In this document: positions 1-13,859 of the stretch, in pieces
Position numbering within the stretch: the first letter of the stretch is position 1
Layout of the letters: each line of letters begins with the position of its first letter
NCBI GenBank assembly: GCA_951406725.2
Contig: OX597825.1
Location: forward strand, 27,900,001 to 27,964,000
Direction of reading: 5' to 3'
DNA from: Octopus vulgaris
Taxonomy: Eukaryota
DNA length: 64,000 nt
The notes under the pieces: model-generated
What the model saw: the letters and a program-made list of their open reading frames with translations, nothing else
Told to the model about the DNA's origin: nothing
Databases searched by the model: none
Made by a program: the position numbers and the translations under genes

Positions 1-12
1 ACAGACATAGGT

Positions 13-171
13 ATTAAGTCGATTACATCGACCCCAGTGCGTAACTGGTACTTAATTTATCGACCCCGAAAGGATGAAAGGCAAAGTCGACCTCGGCGGA
101 ATTTGAACTCACAACGTAACGACAGAAGAAATACGGCTACGCATTTCGCCCGACGTGCTAACGTTTCTGCC
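13..171 (-). mobile_element. tRNA-derived SINE, family B (Meta-domain-like core), partial at window edge
   Basis: Reverse complement reads GGCAGAAACGTTAGCACG...GAGTTCAAATTCCGCCGAGGTCGACTTTGCCTTTCATCCTTTCGGGGTCGATAAATTAAGTACCAG. It has A/B-box-like motifs and the same core recurs at about 6.4, 31.3, 42.2 and 43.9 kb. Confidence 0.8.
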
Positions 172-489
172 TCCGAAAATGCTAGCCTTGTGCCAAATTT
201 TCGAACCACGATTATGGATAAAATTAAGATGAACGAAGAAGGTGGTATGAGTAAAAAATAAATACGAAGTGCGTCTATAAAAATTTCGTGTACGGCAAAT
301 TGCCATTAACATTTACTTTGCCTGTCTGAAACTGTGGCAAAGATACAGAACTGTTTGGATAAATTAGTAAATTAATTCAATTTAAATGGATTCTTAAAAG
401 TATTTTTCAACATCATATCGTTATTTTTCTATAATTTTACAAGTCAAGCTTTTACACTCACCTTTTCTCTCTTTCTCTCACATACACAA

Positions 490-543
<54 letters not shown>

Positions 544-836
544 ATATTAAGAATGAAATGTTATTCTTCGAGACTTATTTAATATGAAACATTTACTTCG
601 TATTGCTATCCCTTCATTCTTCATTATAATGTCTTGATAATATATTCTGTGTAATTAGAATCCACTGAAGCGAACTGAGGATTTACAAATCGAAGGGAGC
701 ACAATATCATTCTTTATTTCAAACAATTCTACATGTTTTCTAGCATTCAATGTGGTTAACCTAATCTGGATTTTAGCAGAATGATCCAGATACGTCTGCT
801 CGGATTTAAATTCTCCATGCCGTTGTATTTCATATA

Positions 837-897
<61 letters not shown>

Positions 898-1317
898 TGG
901 CCGAAGCCTATCAAAGTAGATATTTTGTAGACATGAAAGTTAATTTCGAACGGAGTTAAGCTGTAAGTACAGCGAAGAGTATTCGCCCTTATAAGACGTA
1001 GCATATATATATGTATATATATATACATGTATGTATGTATGTATGTATGTATGTACGCAGGTATGTATACTCACACACATATAAAAAGAGAGAGTCAGAG
1101 ATTGATAAAATACATGAATATTTATGTTTATATATACATGTGTGTGTATGTATGTATGTATGTATATATATATATATACATATACACATGCATACATGCA
1201 TTAACGTGTGTACATGCGTAAATGTGAATCTATATATGCTTGAGTGTGATTTTTTTTGTCTATAACCAGACATGTTCTTCTTCTTTCACTCTGTCTCTCA
1301 CACACACACATATTTGC

Positions 1318-1352
<35 letters not shown>

Positions 1353-1890
1353 GCGCTCGCGCGTGTGAGCCTGTTTATGTGTATTCATATGGCGGTGCAC
1401 ATGTGAATTTATCTGTGTGCTGCCACGTGTTGGGTTTAATGCTATTCGGATTAATTCCACTAGAAACCTATTCAGCGAAAATGTGATTAGCGACCCATTT
1501 CTTACGCCTCGGCATACAGATTTTTGTTTTAATTATTTAGGTTTATGCATATTACATATTTGTTTACCGTCTTCTGAAATCCCTTCATAATTTTTTTTTT
1601 TATTATCAACTGTCGATTCATTATTTTGTCATTCTGAACATTATAATATCCTTGATGCATTACTAAGCATGTGAAAAGGTTCACTCGGCAGACAAACTTA
1701 ATATAACATTAGAATTAATTAAATTTCTTTTTGCATTTTAGGGGCTTATTTTTCTTTTCCATCTTTGTTGATTTTCTTAAAGGTTCCCAGTTTATTTCTA
1801 TAAAGCGTTCTGAAAATTAGCTCAAAAACTAGCGGTTTGGATTAAAAGGAACTTTTTTATGTGAATGTGATATAGTGTGATAGATGTAAG

Positions 1891-2253
1891 TAGAAGCACA
1901 ATGACCCAGTGATTAGGGCAGCTGACTGGCGGTCGTTGCGATTCCCAGGCAGGGCGCTGTGAGTGTTTATTGAGCGAAAATACCTAAATCTCCATGAGGC
2001 TCATACAGGGGATGGTAGCGAACCGTGCAGTACTCTTTCACCATAACTTTTTCTCACTCTGTGTCTGTTGTACCTGTATTTCAAAGGTACCAGCATTTTC
2101 ACACTCGGTGTTACGAAGAATCACCCCTAGAACTGCGTTAAGGGCACACGTGTCTGTGGCGCGCTCAGCCACTTGCACGTTAATTTAACGAGCAAGCTGT
2201 TCCTTTGGTCGGATCAACTGGAACCTTCTTCGTCGTAACTGACGGAGAGCCAC
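1891..2253 (+). mobile_element. tRNA-derived SINE, family C, full length with 12-bp target-site duplication
   Basis: tRNA-like head (GCACAATGACCCAGTGATTAGGGCAGC...GATTCCCAGG) and a 3' stem-loop CGTC-GTAACT-GACG. Flanked by the direct repeat GATAGATGTAAG at 1879-1890 and 2254-2265. A homologous 5' part lies at 37790. Confidence 0.8.
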
Positions 2254-2846
2254 GATAGATGTAAGGGATTTCTTTCCATTTTGCAACAAATTTGTATTAG
2301 TATATTATTTTAATAGTAGCAATCACACACACACAGACTCACATACAGGTGTGCATATATATTGTTTAAACGAAACTTATTCTCATGTCATAATCTTAGA
2401 ATAACCACAAATATTACACACATGCACACCTTTTAATACACACATACATATATTCATATTTATATACACACATTTACAAATATATATATAAATAACACGT
2501 CTTTGCGTGTAGTCGTTCAATACACATGAAATTGCACAATCTCAGAAAGCAACATTGCAAATCTAATCGTGGTCTAATGTGCCTACATAACCAAAACGAT
2601 TAATATTTCGTTGATTCAGCCAAAGTGTTGCTACCAGCAAGATTTTATCCAATGTCACAATAGTATAGAAAGGCTTCCTGTTTCATATCTATTTGTAAAA
2701 ACAGGCTAAACGTTAAAGCTCGTAATACAAACAGCTGCTTGAATACATTATAACTAATATATCATATACATAGACATATTCCATCTTTCTAGCAAATATG
2801 CCCATAGAATTATACACACGCACACACTGGTATTTATACATATATA

Positions 2847-4015
2847 CATAGTCATGGAGGAGATGAATAGACACCTTTAATTTTCAAAATTTCTGATCTA
2901 AGCGTCTTAATATGTTTTCAGCGATGCAGAATTTACAATGTAATTATTCTTTTTCATTCCAGGTGCTATTATATTAAACATTTGCGAAGAGTAACCATGC
3001 CACACAAAAAAATTCAGTAGAACTGGCCGATTTTCAAAGAGGTCGTATTGTTGGGCAATCTGAGGCTGGTATTAGCCCGTGAAAAATTGCCGAAAATCTT
3101 CAAATTCCTCTTGCTACTGTTAATAAAATTTATAGTGCAATCCAAAAGCCAAGGAAAAGAATCAACAGATTTTCGTCCCGGCCGACCTGTGGAAAACGAA
3201 CCACGTTCGAAGGTTTCTGACATTGCTAAACAGCTAGAAATTAGTTCAAGAACGTATGTTACATATCTGCATAACCTTGGGTATTATGGACGAGCAACTA
3301 GAAGAAAACCTCTCCTTCAACCAATTAATATAATGAAAAGAAAGAAATGGGCTAAGGAGATCATTTTGGGATAGAGTGATTTTCTCAGACGAATCCAGAT
3401 TTGCATTATTTTCAGAGAGTGGACGTGTTTGTGTCTGGAGGCTTCACACTCAAGAATTTGATTTGAAAAGACTCCAACCAACTGTGAAACATGGTGGTAT
3501 CTCTGTAATGGTATGGGGAACTGTGACCAGTAATGTTGGAACCATAAACTCTGAAAAATACATCGAAATACTTAAGCAAGGAGTACTTTCGATGTATTCA
3601 CACGATAACATAACGAAGTATGAGTTTTTATTCATGGAAAATGGAGCGCCATGCCACACAGAAAAAGAATGGCTGACTGAAAATGGGATCAAAGTCTCTT
3701 TATATGAACCCAATTGAAAATATTTGAAGCATACTAGATAGAGCTGTACGAAGAACTCGACAGAAACCCGAATCTAAAGATGAATTGTTTCGATTGTTGC
3801 GTGAAAAGTGGACAGAAATTCCACAAGAGACAATCACAAAGCTCATAAGTTCAATGCCAAAAAAGAGTTTTTGCATTAAAAGCTGCAAAGGGAATGTCAA
3901 CTAAATACTAAAGTAAGTAGTCCTACCTATCGATTACATTTCAATTGTTCACTTTGCGTATTAAGTAAACGATTTTGAAAATTAAAGGTGTCTATTTACT
4001 TCCTGCATGTCTGTG
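2847..4015 (+). mobile_element. Tc1-family DNA transposon, full length, inactive
   Basis: 44-bp TIRs (2847-2890 vs 3972-4015, 38/44 identical) flanked by TA on both sides (2845-2846, 4016-4017), enclosing a disrupted transposase. Confidence 0.93.
2997..3911 (+). pseudogene. Tc1-type (DD34E family) transposase pseudogene
   Basis: Frameshifted peptides ELADFQRGRIVG, GYYGRATRRKPLL, IFSDESRF, PTVKHGGISVMVWG, FMENGAPCH (second D lost), MNPIENI* and terminal GMSTKY*. Confidence 0.92.
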
Positions 4016-4139
4016 TATATATAGGGTATGAGAGGTATTGGTGTCAGAACAACCGATGGTGTCAGGTAATGCTGAGTAAGTGCTATGGACAGACTATAGT
4101 TAAGCTGCAGATTCGATAATTATACGAATGAGGAGTCCA

Positions 4140-4414
4140 ACGTATGTCGTGTAATAGCATGCATGTATATAAATATTAGCAGAATGTGATAAAATCCAAG
4201 GCTGTGAATAATTTTCAGAACATTTATAAAGAGGTCTTACAGTGGTTTCCGGGATATTTTATACACCCCCTCCATCAGAGTCGGTGCGAGAATATGTTTA
4301 AGTAGTAGTTATTATAGATAAGATATGAAATACAGAGTGAAGTGGAGGAATGAAAACAGACCTGAGATATGTAAAAATGTTGTATCTGAAGTCCCATTAT
4401 TTAAGCAGAATGGT

Positions 4415-4461
<47 letters not shown>

Positions 4462-4560
4462 TCCTGTACCTTGTGTGGGGGTTCCAATGGTGTTTATCAT
4501 TGGTCCTTCCAAGCATTGTTAACAGTGTTATTCGTTTGAGGGGTTTTTTTGAAGTGACTT
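4140..4560 (-). mobile_element. Probable Penelope-like element 3' remnant with decayed hammerhead motif
   Basis: Minus strand shows a TPFCLN-like peptide end near 4400, then CTGATGG-A-GGGG..TCCC-G-GAAA-CCACTGT-A at 4234-4283. Confidence 0.35.
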
Positions 4561-5351
4561 AAAAGTTTGGAATGTGTTTGTAAGTTCAAATCAAAAACAG
4601 GAAGAGAGAAAAAAAAAGGGAAGAGAGACAATAGATAAATGAAGAAAGAGAAAGTGTGCTAGCTTGTGGTCAGGATAAAATGACAGAAGAAAGGGAGAGT
4701 TGAGGGGGAGAGCGAGATGAGAGGGTATAGAGTAAAAGAGTGTGAGGTGTGTTGTGATAGAGCTTAAGAGATCAAAAATAGAAAGTATAGAGAGAAGGTA
4801 AAGGTAGTAAAATTGAGGTGGAATGAAAAACGGGAATTATATATGTTAAGTTGCTTGAAAGGACAGGTTAGTGGTGAGTAGAAGAAGAATTGAAGAATTT
4901 ATATCTGTGAAGATGTATAAACCCATACGTATCTACACATGTATCTAGACATTTACATATATCAACATATATATTTACGCATACAAACTCTTGTAGGTTA
5001 CATGCATTCATGTATAAACACTCTCATTTTATATCTATTTTTGCATATATAAATTCCTGCAGACATAAATGCATGCAAGCAGACACGCACACGCACACAA
5101 GCATACATACACACCTACAAACAGATATATGCATAGCAATACACATGCACATATACATACACACACACATACACACACACACACACAAACGCATATATAT
5201 ATATATATAACATCTACCCATATATACATGTATATTCACAAACTCATACATGCGTGTAGCTATATGTATTATCACACCTGCATATATATGTACATGTACC
5301 ACGCATACATACATAAATACGTACATATATATACATACATATATATATATA

Positions 5352-5398
<47 letters not shown>

Positions 5399-6377
5399 TT
5401 AAATGATTGTGATCCTCAAGTATACACACATATGAGCTACTCCGCGTCGGTCAACGGAGTGATATTTGATCGCTTTATAGAGTGTTTCAGTATCAGTTTG
5501 GTGTCTTGAATTGGAGAGTTTACCTCACGGACAAGTACAAGCTCTTTAACCTTGATTGTTAATCTACTTAAGAGAAGGAAATCTCCGAAATAAAACCCGA
5601 GGCCTTGGAAATTCCTGCTTGTGGTTGTTAACTGAATTCCTGTGCAGTTTTTCAAAATTGGTTATTGAAGATTTTTACTTGGCCTCTTTTGGATTTCACA
5701 TTTTTGTTGAACTATTTATCATATGGGTATGGCCCATCGTTGTCGTCTGATATTTTAACTAGCGCCGCTATTTGTCACCTTAAGTCTAAGATCACCTGAT
5801 AATATATCTACAAAATTTCCAAAGGCGGTTTATTTGTATAGTTCTTGTAGTTTAATCGCAACGAAGTTCAAATGTCCCCGAGTTCAGCCTTTCTTTTGTC
5901 TTTCCGAAGTTGTTGTATAAATATATATTGTACTGAATTTGATCTTTTTTCTTCTTATTGTTTTCCTTTTCCATTTCTATATTTTTCGAAGGAATTCGCT
6001 GTGTCACGGTCCGGAGAAGAATGGCTCCAGTACGTCACACAATGCTGAAGATATGCCATATGTACCGACGGCCCCGCTACGTCTCCGTCAGGAATGTAGG
6101 CCTGAGTCATAACAAGGCATTATTTGTTCCTGTTAGTCTTATGTTCTTCATAATTAATTCATTTTGAACGTATAGTAACTTAATTCTCTTAAATTTTGTT
6201 TTTATATTTGAGACATCTGTTTAACATATAGAGGTATACAATTTCCATTCTTGCTAGATTATGTACATAATGGATAGGTGAGTGGATGGATGGATAGACG
6301 AATGGATGGATGAATGGATGGATTGATGGATGGATGGATTGATGGATGGACTGATGGATGGATGGATCATGAATCGA

Positions 6378-6575
6378 TGGCAAAATCGTTAGCAGGATGA
6401 CTGAATGCTTGACATTATTTCATCCATTTTACGTTCTGAGTTCAAATTCCGATGGGGTCTACACTGCTTTTCATCCTTTCGGGGTCGATAAAATAAGTAC
6501 CAGGAAGGCACAGGAATCATTGTAGTCGACTATTCCTACCAAAGTTTCAAGCACTGCTCCAATAGTAGAGAGAAT
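6378..6575 (+). mobile_element. SINE family B
   Basis: TGGCAAAATCGTTAGCA...GAGTTCAAATTCC...TTTCATCCTTTCGGGGTCGATAAAATAAGTACCAG. Confidence 0.75.
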
Positions 6576-6602
6576 AGTAAACGTACTGGTGACATGATAA
6601 TA

Positions 6603-7175
6603 ACATGGCAACATTACTTCACAATTACTATATATATATGTGTGTATGTATACATATATATGTATATATATGCATGTATGTATATATATATATATGTGTG
6701 TGAGTGTCTGTGTGTGTGAGTGTGTGAGTGTGTGTGTGTGCATATATATGTATATATGTATGTATATATATAGATATGTATATGTATGCGTGTATATATA
6801 TATATATGTATATATATGTGTGTGCGTGTGTGTGTATAGATGTATGTATGTACGTATGTGTGTTTATATGTTTATGTATGTATTTGTGTTTGTTTTTGTT
6901 CCCCGCCCCCATCGTTTGGAAACCAATGTTGGTGTGTTTATGTTCCAGCAACTTAGCGGTTTGGCAGAAGATATCAATGGAATAAGCACCAGGCTTACAA
7001 AGAATATCTAGAATATTCATATATACTTAAATGACAAATTCTGGAAAGTTTTACAGATCTTTACAGTTCCAGTAATGGATTGCAGCTGTGGTCATCGACT
7101 GGGCTTTCTCCTTTCTACCTTTTAGAACCCTAATTACTCAAGATTGGCATGTATGTATGTATGTGTGTATGTATG
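6603..7175 (+). repeat. Local direct duplication, copy 1 (copy 2 at about 10106-10730)
   Basis: Near-identical unique flanks (CCCCGCCCCCATCGTTTGGAAACCAATG...TTTTAGAACCCTAATTA) and a matching interrupted microsatellite pattern. Confidence 0.9.
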
Positions 7176-8668
7176 TATTTCCAATAACCAAATATAGCAG
7201 TAGGGAAGGATCGCCGCAATTTCTCTAATGTAAGGATACAATTATTAAAATGCCTGGAATATAACGAGACTGATACAGTATATAGAATAGTTTTATATTA
7301 TTCATATTTAGGAGATGTTCTTTTTTGCTACCTATTCTTCTAATACCGGATGCCAAAAAAATGGCGTGTTTTAAAATCACTCGAAATTAGTTTTGTTTTT
7401 GCTATTTTGCAATTTCATTTGAATTCGGATGGCTTTGTTTCTGATCTTTCATTTTCTGATCTTTCATTTAATTTTCCCAAGTTTTCAATTTTCATTTTTA
7501 TCTCCGCATTAACAAGTTGTGTGGTATACATCCTTCCAACATTTTCTTTATGAATGCACGAAATTAAAATTAAGGTAAGTTAACAATTTAATTTGTAACG
7601 ATAGTGAAATGATCGCGAAATCTGTGAATATTATAATGTTAAAGAATCATCCACCGTTCTTTATTCGTTTATTTCAATCCTAAAGTAATATTCTTTTGTA
7701 AATCAAAAAAGAAAACCAAAGAAGTATCTACATACATGAAGATACATACATAAATACACAAGTAGTTAATTTAACAATTTACCGGGGGCTACAAACGTAG
7801 GTGGGAATGGCAAACACATTATACTATATCAAGTTTTCATATACGGAAACCAATATGGCGCTGAAAAAGACAATATTTTTCTACGGGCAAAATAATCTAC
7901 AGATCACTGAGAGACGATTTTATAGCATTCAAGCGGCTGTATTCAAACAATGATTTTAGAGACCAGAGTGTAATTTGAATTATCCACAGTCCAACAAGCT
8001 TCAGCAGATATCCGAAAATGTTTTCTCCATATTGAACTTAAGAGACAAATGACTGCAAATATTATATTTCACCAATCTGTCTAAAGATGGGATCTACAAT
8101 GTCTGTAAAATGTTTCAACGATTTAACCTTTTCTATTTCACTAATTTTGCATACATACATACAAACTTGTGTAGGTATGTTTATGCATACATATATACAT
8201 ACATATGTACATATATACATACATAAATTCATCAATCCATCCATACATACATGCATACATACATACATACATACATTAAACCATACATAAACATGCATGC
8301 ATAAATGAATACATACATCGATTACATGCATACATACATACATACACACATAACATACATACATACATACATACATACATACATACATACACGTACGAAG
8401 ACAAATTTCGAAATCATTGTGATATGGGCATGTCTGATTTTCTTTTCGATTCTTTCCGCCTATAGTACAGGTTCTTATAAGTTTACTGCTCGTTCACTCT
8501 ATTTCGCCCTTTTGTACAACTCAAAGCTACGGTTTTCAGTGGAATACATTGGTATTTCTAATGTGCTGGTGCTAAAACTAGTACCCTTCAATGTTGATTA
8601 ATAATTTTGCCATTATAGTTCTTTTACGCATGCTACCGACTGACATCATTGCAAATTATCAATAATCC

Positions 8669-8735
<67 letters not shown>

Positions 8736-9325
8736 GAGAGAGAGAGAGAGATAAAACTTACTTGGAAGTGGATGCGTGGCGTTCGATCATATCAGAACAA
8801 AATAATAAATAAAACATATACATATATACATACATATATGTACACACCTACATCTATATGTGTATATACATGCATATATGGGTACAGGACACCAAAAAAA
8901 ACATCGAACACAATGAGAAACGCAAACATAAAAACAAAACCATGGAAACGGACTATTTTCAAACTACGAAAAAACAGAGTACAAGACATACAACACAAGG
9001 AATATTCCCCTGCTTCGTCTACTCCATGTTTCGAAGGTAAATCCTTCGTATCTGCCTGGTCTCAATGTTTTCTCAAACGGCTCAAGCAAATCAAATCAAA
9101 TTTTACATGGTAATACTATGAGGCCCCAGGAATGTCAACATGTACGTTTTTGCATCAAAACATTGGCACTGGTTCCGTATTGCGGCTGAAAACTCGACGA
9201 ATAAAAGTGAGACATCAACTAAGTAAAAATTATAAATATTTTCAGCTTTCATAGTTTTACTTTTAATAGTTTGACTTTTATTCTTTCACTTTTCATAGTC
9301 TCAGTATGTGTATGTATATGTATGC

Positions 9326-9376
<51 letters not shown>

Positions 9377-9405
<29 letters not shown>

Positions 9406-9565
9406 CATTATACGTGTATATATGTATGTATATATATACGTATATACATATGTATATATAGATACGTGTATGTATATATATATATATACATACACGTATC
9501 TATATATACATATGTATATACATATATATATACATACATATATACACGTATAATGATATACATAT

Positions 9566-9584
<19 letters not shown>
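9377..9584. repeat. About 208-bp near-perfect palindrome inside a (TA)n-derived tract
   Basis: Interruptions mirror around 9480/9481 (G9400/C9561, G9472/C9489; TCATTATACGTG vs CACGTATAATGA), with one mismatch seen. Confidence 0.85.
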
Positions 9585-9597
<13 letters not shown>

Positions 9598-9651
9598 GCA
9601 TACATGTATATATATATAATATATGTGCATATATATGTATATATATATATA

Positions 9652-9746
<95 letters not shown>

Positions 9747-9761
9747 GGAGAGGGAGAGAGA

Positions 9762-10120
9762 GATGCCTACAATTTCATCCTTCTCTACTCTACTTTTGCC
9801 GTACCCCACCTTGAATACTGTTGCCCACCGTGGTCACATAATATCACCATCTTGAATACTCATTTCGGAATGAGTTGCATGCAAAGCAACCCATTACGAC
9901 AGCAGTAGCACTCCAGAGGTCAATAACAAGAAAGATAAGGGGAATGGGTGGCATTGATTATCGATAACGCCACCAGGAGCCGTACATCATGTTATGAGGA
10001 AAAAATTCCATTAATATTGCAGAAATGATGTTGACATCAATTTTCATATCCATCCAAGATTTGGCCCATGTGCTACCCACCCGCTACAAAAATCGAACTC
10101 GATACACATGGCAATATTAC
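9762..10120 (+). mobile_element. CR1-group LINE ORF2 C-terminal remnant
   Basis: Peptides [31 protein letters not shown] and FHIHPRFGP, homologous to the copy at 52.7-53.6 kb. Confidence 0.75.
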
Positions 10121-10730
10121 GTCACAGTTGCTACATATATATGTGTGTGCGTATACATATATATGTATATATATGCATGTATGTATATATATATATATAT
10201 ATGTGTGTGTGCGTGTGTGTGTCTGTGTGTGTGAGTGTGTGTGTGTGTGTCTGTGTGTGTGAGTGTGTGTGTGTGCATATATATGTATATATGTATGTAT
10301 ATATATATATATAGATATGTATATGTATGCGTGTATATATATATATATATGTGTATATATATATGTGTGTGTGTGCGTGTGTGTGTATAGATGTATGTAT
10401 GTACGTATGTGTGTATATATGTTTATGTATGTATTTGTGTTTGTGTTAGTTCCCCGCCCCCATCGTTTGGAAACCAATGTTGGTGTGTTTATGTTCCAGC
10501 AACTTAGCGGTTTGGCAGAAGATATCAATGGAATAAGCACAGGCTTACAAAGAATATATAGAAATATTCATATATACTTAAATGACAAATTCTGGAAAGT
10601 TTTACAGATCTTTACAGTTCCAGTAATGGATTGCAGCTGTTGTCATCGAATGAGCATTCTCCTTTCTACCTTTTAGAACCCTAATTAAGATTGGCATGCA
10701 TGTATGTATGTGTGTATGCATGTATGTATG
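10106..10730 (+). repeat. Local direct duplication, copy 2 (copy 1 at about 6603-7175)
   Basis: Same alignment as copy 1; the copies differ mainly in microsatellite lengths. Confidence 0.9.
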
Positions 10731-12128
10731 TATGTTTATATGTATGTATGCATGCATGCCTGTATTTATGTATGTACGTATCTATGTATGAATACACTTA
10801 GTACGTAAATATATATTAACATACATTCATATACACATATATACATTAGATATTTAATTCAAGAACAGAGTTATCAGGAACATGAATTTAAATTGCTTAC
10901 ATTGCAGATATTGACAAGCAATATATAACAGTTCCAAGGATAAATGAAACACTATAAGGTACAAGAAAATGTTTAGAAACATCCAGATTCTAATATATAT
11001 ATTATATTTTCCTCTCAAACTGAAAAAAATATATGAAGGAGATATATATATATACATGTATGCATGTGTGATTATGTATGGTTGTGCGCGAGTGTATGTG
11101 TGAGTGTGTATAAAAAAACTATTCTATAGAACAATGAATAATATTTTCCTAGCAGTAACAGAATTGAGAAAGGCAATATTCATTAAATACAATCCTATTG
11201 TTCCCAGTTACGGACTAATAATAAAGAATTACAAAACCGGGCGCCCAAACGGAATGGCATAAGCAAAATCTCAAACCCGAAACAAAGAAAAGTGAAACGG
11301 AACCGATTCAGCAACATTTGACCAAAGATTGTCAAACACGTGAGAATAAGTAATATAAAGGTTTCTTTTGAGGTTAGTGGTGGAATTGCTACCAGCATAG
11401 ATAAAAAATATTATAGTCTTGTATTGCAAAACCAAAACCAAACGAACGAAAAAAATATCATTGGAAATATATGTTACGCATAAGTTATGTTATGAATTAT
11501 ATGAGAAATTAGAAAAGATAGTTGAATAGAGGGAAATATATCAGTATAGTGAATAAAATAAACAGCAATGTAAAATACACATCCTCTATATGGTTATCTT
11601 TCTACCTAAATATTAATCTTTCTCTCTCTCTCTCATCCTCTCTCACTCTCTCTCTCCATATATATATATATAATTATTATCGTTATATATTTTATTACAA
11701 ATATGTAAACATAGGCATACATATGTATTTGCTTATATATATTTATTTGTACAAATGTATATACACAACATATACAGGCTTGTCTGCGAATATGTGTATA
11801 TATATATATGTGTGTGTGTATGCACGTATGTGTCAGTTTTTGTGTGCTTGTGTATGTATATGTACACAAACAGACTCGTACATATATAAATGTGAACATA
11901 AATGTATACATACATCTTTATACGTATATACATATATATATGCGTATGTACATATACGTGTATATATGTATATACACGTATATATATAAATACATATATA
12001 TATACACACATATATATACATATATATGTATCCATATATACATATATACACATATACATATATACATATACATATATACATATAAACATATACATATGTA
12101 CATATATATATATATACACACACATATA

Positions 12129-12192
<64 letters not shown>

Positions 12193-13859
12193 CACACGCC
12201 TATAGAAAGCACACACACTCACACATATATATACATACGCAAAATATTTTGTAATAATAAAGTAATAACAAAATGACATGGAAAGAAATAACAAAATAGT
12301 ATTATCAGTGAAAATATATCCCATATCCACCAGTATCACACAACCCACACACACACACGGGCGCTCATAAACATATACACGGTCAGACAACCACGTAAAG
12401 CACCACCAGGAATAATAGAAGAATAAGAAGAAAACAACACAACATAACAACATCAAGGAACATGGACAGAAACCAAAATAGCGTAAGAAACTACTACGTC
12501 TGCGATGTTGTCTTGTCATTATTAAGCAACACGTACAGACAGGTGTTCACTGGTCTCAAGCATATACGTATCCCACGCAGTGTTACCATGTATATAAATG
12601 AGTATACGTGATTGTGTGTGTTTGTATGTGTGTGTGTGCATGTGTGTCCAAGACAAAGACACATAAACGCCACCCCCACACGCACATATATTCACACACA
12701 CGCACACACATGCTCACACATGTACACACACACACAATTACATATACAGTGACATGATTACAAACGAGTGTATATGAGTAAATATCTATAAATGTCGTGG
12801 TGCATTGTATGTGTCTGTACGTGTATGCGTATACTTCTAAGTGTGTTTGTATGTATATATATATATACATATGCCTAAACTCACATATACGCATATACAT
12901 TTTTACAGCTATACGTATGCTAGTCTGTATACGTACACACACGGACGCACACATACGCACACAACACAGGCAGATTCACACATATGAACATATATATTAA
13001 TTTCACGTGTTTTGAATTTTATATTTCGTTGTTTTTTTTTGGGGGGGGGGTTAACATTTTCATTTGTTTATTTTTCGTTATGTTTTTTATCCCCCTTTAT
13101 ATTTGCTTTTTTTTCAGTTTTTTTTTTTTATTGGTTAAATAAAATCGTATAAAGAAACTGAAACAAGAAGACGTCGAAGAATTTCGAACAATAGCGGCAA
13201 CAACAAAATGAAGAACAAGACATAGCAAACGGAACGAAATAAAATAACTTTACGATATATAAATTGAATGACTCAATATTCGTGTGAAGGAAGTGGAAAA
13301 TTCGTGCAACAAAACAGTATACACATTTTCTATACAAGTTACCCGAAGAACTTGCTAGCAGCTACGCTCAGCCCAACCCCAAACTCTTTCACTGGTGTGT
13401 AACATGCTAAATTGCAACATATACTCTTTTTTGATTTTGCAATAAGCGAACTGCTATTGCTACTCACTGCCACCAGCATTATCAGTCGTACTACTAATAC
13501 TTTCAACAACACTATAATCATTGTCGTTATCATCGTTGTTCGTCGTCGTTGTCGTCGTCATCGTCTATCGTTTCATTGCATCGCTCCTCAAACCCATCTC
13601 ACCACATCATCCACCTCTCCTCTGAACGTTAGCATTACCTTGATCAATATACACTCTTTTTTCCTCTGTTCAAGAGAGAAACAAGTGGAACAATTATTTA
13701 CGTCTGTATACAATACAATACAATAACGTTGGGTTAATAATTAGCATCTCTTGTTTCATTGCATTTTTTTTCTTTTTATTTCTGCTGATGTAGTCATCGT
13801 ATTCTCTTCTGTTTTTCTCTTTCTTTCTGTGTTTGTTTTCATCCAACTGCTCTTCCTTC

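Noticed and set aside
5430-5900. Possible RTE remnant on the minus strand (similar faint traces at about 11200-11400, 28430-28700 and 36450-36800)
   Set aside because: Motif similarity is too weak to support by eye and needs a profile search.
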